A stretch of 64,000 nucleotides of DNA from a virus. Positions 9,282-17,600 of the stretch are shown piece by piece. The stretch is taken from positions 32,001-96,000 of IMG/VR virus record IMGVR_UViG_3300050343_000285; one strand, 5' to 3'. Each line of letters begins with the position of its first letter. The first letter of the stretch is position 1. Below the pieces are notes generated by a model. It did no database searches and was not told where the DNA came from. It saw nothing but the letters and a program-made list of their open reading frames with translations. The position numbers were made by a program, and so were the translations under genes.

Positions 9282-10340
9282 ATGGATATAGAAGGAACTC
9301 TATACAGGATTATTAATGGCAGTTATTATACTTTTGTAAAAAGCAAAAGATATAAAGTAGTTTTGCCTAATCTACAAATCAAACAACAAGCACATGCTTT
9401 ATCTTTAGATATCATACAAAATAATAGGTTCGATACTACTCATTGGCTAACTAAACATCAGGCTGAGAAAATATTAAGAACTAATGATATATGGAATAAT
9501 GAACAAGAAGAACAATTAAAGATTTTAAATAACAGACTAGAGGATATGAAAATTGAATTATACCTTAAGTATATTGATCCGGCTATGAAAAAGAAAATTA
9601 AAGCTAGCTTAGAAACAGGCAAATCTGCTATAGCAGAATTATTAGGCAAAAAACACTCTATGGATCACCTAACTCTAGATAGTCATGCTGAGAGTGCCAA
9701 AAATTCATATATTTTAACTCATACTATTTACGACGATAAAGATAATTTAGTATTTAATGATGAGCATGTAGACTCTGGAGAATTGGAAGATTTTATGACT
9801 GCTGTACAAAAACATGATGTATCTCATGATGATTTGAGAACTTTGGCTAGAAGTGAGATATGGAAATCTTATTGGGATGCTGCTAAAGGTAATATTTTTG
9901 CACCTCCTGCATATCTTTGGACAGATGAACAAAGACTCTTAATTAATATTAGTAAAATGTATGATTCCGTACGAGAACACCCTGAATGTCCTGAAGATGC
10001 TGTTATAAATGATGATGATGCTTTAGACGGATGGGTATTATTTTGGAAAAGAAAGGCTGAAAAAGAACGTAAGAAAAATAAACTTATGGAAGATGTTGGC
10101 GGTAAATATAAAAATGCTGGAGAAGTATTTGTTATAGCTAATTCTACAGAAGAGGCTAAAGAAATTTATGGTCTGAATGATGCTAAAGGTATGGCAGAAA
10201 TTAGACATATGCAAAAATTGGCAGCAGATAATACATCAGAATCTGGTATTCCTTGGCAGGATTTACCACATGTAAAGACTCAAATACAAAATCAAGTTAA
10301 TAGTAAACAACAATCTATGGCAGCCCAAAAGGGAAATTAA
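9282..10340 (+). CDS. Putative tail assembly chaperone (long form)
   Basis: Between tube and TMP genes; N-terminal ~150 aa align by eye with 10635-11519; extra C-terminal domain. Confidence 0.45.
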   Translation: MDIEGTLYRIINGSYYTFVKSKRYKVVLPNLQIKQQAHALSLDIIQNNRFDTTHWLTKHQAEKILRTNDIWNNEQEEQLKILNNRLEDMKIELYLKYIDPAMKKKIKASLETGKSAIAELLGKKHSMDHLTLDSHAESAKNSYILTHTIYDDKDNLVFNDEHVDSGELEDFMTAVQKHDVSHDDLRTLARSEIWKSYWDAAKGNIFAPPAYLWTDEQRLLINISKMYDSVREHPECPEDAVINDDDALDGWVLFWKRKAEKERKKNKLMEDVGGKYKNAGEVFVIANSTEEAKEIYGLNDAKGMAEIRHMQKLAADNTSESGIPWQDLPHVKTQIQNQVNSKQQSMAAQKGN

Positions 10341-10341
10341 T

Positions 10342-10635
10342 ATGAAAAATCATAGTAGACGACAAATGATAGATCAAATGGAAAAAAGATTTAAAACTAC
10401 AATAATTGGTGCTCTTGCTAGATTTGAAAATGAATTTGGATATCTTTGGAATGGTAATCAAGAACCTTCAGATGGTCAAGAAGCTTATTTTAGAGATAAG
10501 TGGGAAGACTTAAGAAGTGATTTGCTAGATCATGGAAATGATCAAATGAGAAACGGAATACAGGATTTGAACAATTACTTAAACAAGGTGGAGAAATACC
10601 ATCTACAAATTTATTATAATAAAGGAGATAGATAA
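10342..10635 (+). CDS. Hypothetical protein (97 aa) in tail-chaperone region
   Basis: Tightly packed ORF with TAATG coupling to the next gene. Confidence 0.6.
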   Translation: MKNHSRRQMIDQMEKRFKTTIIGALARFENEFGYLWNGNQEPSDGQEAYFRDKWEDLRSDLLDHGNDQMRNGIQDLNNYLNKVEKYHLQIYYNKGDR

Positions 10636-11519
10636 TGGCAGAAACATTTAGTTTACAGGTTGATGGAAAAGCTGTTGAGTTTCTCGTACAGTCACCCACA
10701 CTACATCAACAAAGAGAAGGACAGAAAGTATATAATCAAGCATTCTCAGATGCTGTAAAATCAGGCTCTATTGTTAGAGCCAAATTAGATGATCTATTAA
10801 AAGATCAAGGACTATGGGATGATAATAAGCAAGCTAGATTTATGGCTATTCAAACAGAATTAAATGATTGTGAAAAACAATTAGCTACGGGTGGCATATC
10901 TCTACAAAATGCTAAAGGTGTAGCCCTTAAAATGAAAAATTTACGAGAAGAGCTAAAAGATCTTATATCTGTTAGAACTAATCTCGATACGCATACGGCA
11001 GAAGGACAGGCTGATAATGCTAGGTTTAATTATTTAGTTTCTTGCTGCTTGGTGTATAGTAGTAATAAGAAAGTTTATTTTAGTAGCTATGAAGACTACC
11101 TAAATAGATCTTCTGATCCTATTGGAGTTATGGGAGCACAAAAATTGGCAGCCATGTTATATGGTTTAGATTCAGAATTTGAGAAAAAATTACCAGAAAA
11201 TAAGTTTTTAATTAACTATAAATTTGTTAATGATGACTTAAGATTCGTTAATCCAGCAGGTCAGTTGGTAGACGAAGATGGTAGACGAGTTGATGAGAAT
11301 GGCAGATATGTTAATGAGGCAGGAAAATTTGTTGATAGGGATGGAACCTTAGTTAGTGCAGATGGTGATTATGTTGTAGATTTTGTTCCTTTTACTGATG
11401 ATAGTGGTAAGCCCGTAGTTTTGGAAAATGAAAATGAAAACAAAACAGAAGAATCAACAGATCAACCGGAAGTTTCAACTAAAGAAGATAAGGAACCAGA
11501 AACCCAACCAGTTGAATAG
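10635..11519 (+). CDS. Putative tail assembly chaperone (short form) with 7-aa repeats
   Basis: Immediately upstream of TMP; GGAG SD; six V[DNS]xxGxx repeats and an acidic tail. Confidence 0.5.
   Translation: MAETFSLQVDGKAVEFLVQSPTLHQQREGQKVYNQAFSDAVKSGSIVRAKLDDLLKDQGLWDDNKQARFMAIQTELNDCEKQLATGGISLQNAKGVALKMKNLREELKDLISVRTNLDTHTAEGQADNARFNYLVSCCLVYSSNKKVYFSSYEDYLNRSSDPIGVMGAQKLAAMLYGLDSEFEKKLPENKFLINYKFVNDDLRFVNPAGQLVDEDGRRVDENGRYVNEAGKFVDRDGTLVSADGDYVVDFVPFTDDSGKPVVLENENENKTEESTDQPEVSTKEDKEPETQPVE
11247..11372 (+). repeat. Six tandem 7-aa V[DNS]xxGxx repeats
   Basis: VNPAGQL VDEDGRR VDENGRY VNEAGKF VDRDGTL VSADGDY. Confidence 0.8.
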
Positions 11520-11545
11520 ACATAATTTGTTTATATCATACATTC

Positions 11546-11573
11546 AAGATCCTCTATTAATTTAGGGGATTTT
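11546..11573 (+). terminator. Weak hairpin/terminator candidate upstream of TMP
   Basis: AAGATCCTCTA-loop-TAGGGGATTTT with G:U pairs; short U tract. Confidence 0.4.
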
Positions 11574-11600
11574 GTGTGTATATTAGATTAAGGTAAATAA

Positions 11601-14600
11601 ATGGCAGCGGCATTCAATCTCACAGCACAAATTAATCTTAGAGGCCCTAGAAATACTAGAGCAATTGCTTCTCAAATGAGGAAACAATTATCTGGTGTTA
11701 AAGTTAAAGTAGATCTTGATTTAAAAGGAGCATCTGCTAAAAACGTAGCTAATATTAACAAACAGCTACAAGGTTTATCTAGAAATGCAGCATTAGCTCA
11801 TAAGAATGTAGCTAGACTAAATCAAAGCGTAGTTCAGTTAGGTGCAGGACTAAAAGGAATGGGTGCTGGCTCAGTTCAGTCTATTGCTAAGGTGCAGAAG
11901 CAAGTTAATAATGCTGGTAAATCTATAGATACTGCTACTTCACAGATACAAGAATTTGGTAAGCAATCAGGCTTGGCTATTAGAAGATTTGCTGCGTTTA
12001 GTGCTGTTACAGGTGTTGTGTATGGTTTAACCAATGCTATTAATAGTGCTTATAAAGAATTCGTACAATTTGATAGACAATTAATTAGATTAAGTCAAGT
12101 TACTGGTACTAGTGTTGCTGGGCTCCAAGGTATTACTAAAGAGATAACAAGTCTTTCTACTAACTTAGGGGTAGCTTCTACAGACTTAATGCAAATTTCA
12201 GTAACTTTAGCTCAGGCTGGTTTAAGTGCTCAGGAAGCTAAAACAGCATTAGAAGCTCTGGCTAAATCTTCACTAGCTCCTTCTTTTGATAATCTGAACG
12301 ATACTGTTGAGGGTAGTATCGCTTTAATGAAACAGTTTAGCATATCTTCTACGGACCTTGAGGCAGCTTTAGGTAGTGTTAATGCTGTTGCTGCTAGTTT
12401 TGCTGTTGAAGCTGGAGATATTATTAAAGCTATTCAGCGTACTGGTGGCGTGTTTGCTAGCGCTAGTAAAGGAGTAAGTACAGGTACTCAGGCTTTGAAT
12501 GAATTTGTTGCGCTTTTTACTAGTGTTAGATCAACTACTCGTGAAGGTGCAGAGACTATCGCTACTGGTCTGCGAACTATTTTCACTAGGATTCAGAGAG
12601 GTTCTACAATAGAATCTTTAAAAGAATTTGGTATTACGTTAACAGATTTAGAAGGTAAATTTGTAGGGCCGTTTGAAGCAGTTAAAAGATTAAGCCAAGG
12701 TCTTAGTGGTCTTGATCCTAGAGATTTAAGGTTTGGACAGATTGTTGAAGAGCTTGGTGGTTTCCGTCAGATTGGTAAAGTTATTCCTTTAATTCAACAG
12801 TTTGCTACTGCTCAAAAAGCTTTAGGCGTAGCTCAATCTGGGCAAGGCAGTTTAAGTAAGGCCGCTATACAAGCGCAAGCTTCATTAGCTGTGCAGTTTG
12901 AAAAAACTAGGCAATCTTTTGTGGGTTTAATTAGAGAGATTGGAGATAGTACAACATTTAGGACTATTGCTACGGTTAGTTTAACAACCGCTAATGCTTT
13001 TATTAGTCTTGCAGGTGCTTTGAAACCATTACTTCCTATGCTTACAGCTCTTACTGCTATTAAAGGAGCTTCTATCCTGAGTGAATTTGGTAGTGGCTTT
13101 CTTGGTGGAGTAGGTAAGTCTGGTGGCGGTGGAGGTGGAGGTGGTCTTGGAGGTCTTCTTGGTGGAGGTAAAGGGCCAAAGGGTTCTGGTGGTGGTAGAA
13201 AAGGTAGTCCTGCTAGCTTAAAAGCCAATACAGCTGCCTTAGCAGCAAATACATCTACTATGGCAGAGTTGATTGCTTCAATGCAAAATTTAAACTCTAT
13301 GATTGCTGGTATGTCGGGAGGATCTACTAAGGCTTTTGCTAGTGGTGGTTTAGTGCCTGGTAGTGGTAACAGAGATACTGTATCAGCTAAGCTGACTCCT
13401 GGTGAATATGTTATTCGCAAGAAAGCTGTAGAAAAAATAGGAGCTGATAAGTTAAGTAAATTAAATCGTGGAGGCAGGATTCAAAAGTTTGTTACAGGTG
13501 GTTCTGTAGAAGAATTAGCTGAGCAAAGAGGAGTAAGCGCAACAGATATTGTAGCTCAAGAGATACAGAATGCTAAATCGATTAAGAATGTTAAAGAGCT
13601 TGCGGGTATAGACAATAGAAGCAAATTTAGTAAAAGCCTAAATAATATATTAAGAAAAGGAGTTTATGACGATCCAAGTAATCCAGAAGCACTTGCTACA
13701 GCTATAGATGTGATCAATAAAGTTTTAGCTAAAAAAGCTGGAGATGCCGAAAAGCTAGAAGGAGAAAAGGCGGTTGCTCCATCATACGCTCTAGTAGGAT
13801 TACGAGGTAAGCCCGCAGACCACTTCATGGAAGCTGAAGATGGTACGATGGTTAATCTTGTAGGTCGCAGAGCCAAATTTGGAAGAAGTTATGATAAACA
13901 AATGAGAGAAGGTTTTGTAGGTACAGTTCAGGATGTTGCTGGGTCAATGGCTCAAAAAATTGGCGGGGGAACGAAAGTTAAAATACCAGATAAAAAAGGA
14001 TTGGCAAGAGCAGGTTTATACAATGCTATAGGAGCTTATCTTGAAGCAGCAGTAGCTTCTATTGGCGCTCCTTACGATAAAGATCAAAGTAATGATCCTT
14101 TAGACTTTGAAAAGGGACTAGGTCCTGCTGCTAGTATGTTTGGCGTGCCATCAGATATGCCTGCTGATACTACTAGAACAGTTTTCGGCAAAGGTAAAAG
14201 TCCTGCAAAATTCCTTGATCAAGTAAATAGATATAGAAAAAATAGAATGGCTACAGGAGGTTCTGTAGAAGATACAGTTCCCGCATTACTTACTCCGGGA
14301 GAATACGTCCTTAATAAAAAAGCTGCTCAAAAATTAGGCTCTCAAAAACTAGATAAGCTAAATAAAGCAGATAAAATTCAAGGCTTTAATAAGGGTGGTG
14401 CTGTCGGTTTTGTTCAAAGATTTGCTGCTGGAGGCGGCGTACAAGCTGATCAAGCTGCTTATGTTGCTAGAATGGCTAAGAAATTAGGAATGACTGTTGA
14501 AAAATATGAGAAAAGTATTAGAAACAGAATTCTTAATCAAGCTGAAAAACAAGCTACTAGTAAAACTGGAGCCCAAACAGATCTTCTAAACGTTCTTGTG

Positions 14601-17600
14601 AAAAATATTGAATCTATTGGCGATGCTGATGTAGAAAATCTGGTAAGAGGACAAGCTCAAGAATTAGTAGAGAAAATTTATGGTGGAGCAGATCAAATTG
14701 ATCCTGATGTTTTAAGCGATTCAATAGACGATCTTGTTGCTTCAATGAAGAGTGGATTATCTATAGAAGAAATTAAGGCTAGTTCAAGCCAATGGGCTGA
14801 AACATTAGATATGCAAATTAATGCATCTGGTGAAGTTGCTAAAGCTCAAGAAAATATGGCAAAGAAATTAGGTTTTCTTAGTTCTGGAATGAAAACTAAA
14901 GATATTGACATTAGAGCCAGACAATCGCTCAATGAAGGTAAGTTTGGATCTTTTGATAAAATGAATTTACGAAATGCTCAAACCAATATAGAGTCTGGAT
15001 TTGGTAGCATTTTAGATAACATCGGTCAGAAACTTAGTACTGCAAATATACCCGGTATGAATAAGCTTTCTAAAGCTTTTCCTGATGCAGCAAATAAGAT
15101 TACTTCTATTGGCGATAAAATGGGTGGCCTAACTGGTATTTTAGGATCAGGAGCAACTATATTATCTACTCAATTACCTAAGATGTTTGATAGCTTTGAC
15201 AAGTTGACAGGTTCTGTTTCAGATCATAGCGAGACTCTTGCTGGAGTTACTGGAGCTTTAAGTTCTGGTGGTAGTTTTGGTATGAGTGGAGCTATATTAG
15301 GACAACAAGCATTCGGCAGACGGGGCGCTGCTATTGGTGGAGTAGCTGGAATGGCTGGTGGTGCGATTAGTGGCTTTATTAAAGAGTCTACAGCTAGAGA
15401 GCTAGAGAATGCTATGAGGGGCGTAACAGCTGCGTCTAGTAATCTTGATAAAACATTAGGTCGTTTAGATATGGCTCAAACTATAGAAGAAAGACAAGAG
15501 CTTGTTCAACAACTTAATAGAGATTATGAAAATCTTAATCAAGCTTTAAATCAATCAGCACAAGAAATAGAAAAAAATAGAATTTGGAATGCTTTAAGTA
15601 GTGGTTTAGAAGGATTTATGTCATCGCTTACTACTGTTATAGGCTTCATGGCTGCGGCTAAGATAAGTGCTGCTGCATCTTCATTTATACCTAGAGGAAA
15701 AGCAAAAGGCGGCTCTATTGGTTTTAATACTGGAGGTATGGTTCCTGTTAAATTAGCTAGTGGAGAAGGAGTATTTACACCACCATTACCGACATCTATT
15801 GGTAATCTTAAAAAGATGAATCAAGCGGATAGAAACGGTTATAAACCAAATTTTGCTGGTGGCATGGGGATTGTTCCTGGTTCAGGTAGCGGGGAAGTTG
15901 ATAATTACGATACTATGTTGCCAGAAGGTAGTTATGTTATTCGTGCCAAGGCTATGAAAAGCATGCAGGCTGCAACAGGGGGTAGAATTGGTAGTAGTTC
16001 TGTAGGAGTTAAGGGCTATGCTAGTGGTGGAGGTGTTCAAGGATATTTCTTGGGTGGTTTGATAAGACCACTTATAAAGGTAGGCTTTAGAACTATCGGT
16101 CCTTATCTAACTAAAGCTTTAGTACAAGGTGTGAAAACTACAGGTCTCATTGCTGCGGTAAATCTTATACCGGCGGCTATACAAGGTGCTTTGGGTTTCC
16201 TCGATAATACAGCTACTGATCAGCAATTAGCAGCACAAGTAGCTAGTTTAGAACAACTGAGAAAACTTGTAGATATACAGACCAACTTTGTTGTTAAAGA
16301 TCAGAAATCTTCTCAAAGATTATTAAGCCAGATGGATCCTATTGAAAGAGCTAATCTTACTACTGAACAAAGACAGGCGATGTATGCTAGTCCTACATCA
16401 GCTAGTGGTGATTTTAATGAATTAAATATTTTAGGTTCTAGACAAGCTAGAGCTAAGCTAAGTGGTGCTGGTTTTGATGTAGGTCAAGGACAAGGCATTC
16501 AAGAATATTTAGATAGTTTAAATAGTAATGATAGGCAGGCAGCTGAAGAACTTGTTGTTGAAGCTAATCAAGAATTAGCAAAAAGAATTTATATAGAAGC
16601 TAGGCAAAGAGAGGGTATAGAACTATCTACAGCTAGAAAAGAATTTGAAAGTTCTGATCCTGAAACTCAAACAAAAGTTAAGAAACGTATTGATGAAGAG
16701 TTAGGTAGTCAAAATAGACGTATAGCTTTAGCTAGACGTATGATGGTTGTTAATAGACAATTACAAAAATTCACATTAAGTTTAACAGATGTTATGAATA
16801 GACTTGGTAGCACTATGCAAAGAGTCACATCTGAGATTGTTTCTAGCACAAATAGATTATCACAATTATCTGGTGAGTTTACTGGAGAAACTGTTGGTGC
16901 AGCTAATCCATCAGAAAAAATGGCTCAAACATTATCTAATATTACAGCATACTCTGCTCAGGAATTAGCTCGTGTGGTCGATGGTGTTAATAGTAGTTTA
17001 GGTAATACGAAAGAAACTAGACAGATGGGAGATCTTATTAAAGGTCTTCAAATTATACAAAAAGAATTGCCATTAATTTTAAGAGACACTGCTGAAGGTG
17101 GAGACTTAGACGCTGGTGCAGAAAGTAGTATTAGAGATAGATTAGATACTATGTTTGCGGGTGTTGATATTGGTAACAATATAAAGAAAAATCTGGAAGA
17201 TAGTATTATCAACTATATAACAGATTCTACAGGCAACAGACAGGGAATGAGTTATGAAGACTTAGCTAATAATATTGAAGGACTTAAAGAGTTAGATGCC
17301 GCAGCAGAAAAAGCTAGATCTACCTTTGAAGATTATGCTAATAAACAAATAGAAACAAATAGACTTTTAGGTGGTGTTTCCAATCAATTAGCTAGCCAAT
17401 TAGATAAATTAAAAGACAATGTTATTAAAGTTCGAGATATTCAGTTACAAAGCGCTTTACAACTAGCTGATAAATTTAATAAGACTATAAGTTTATCCGA
17501 TTTAAATTCTCCTTTTAATAATTCTGTAAAAGGACTTACAGGAGGTACAACAGACGCGGCTGAAATAGGTAGAATAATAGCAGAAGCAATTGAACAAAAA

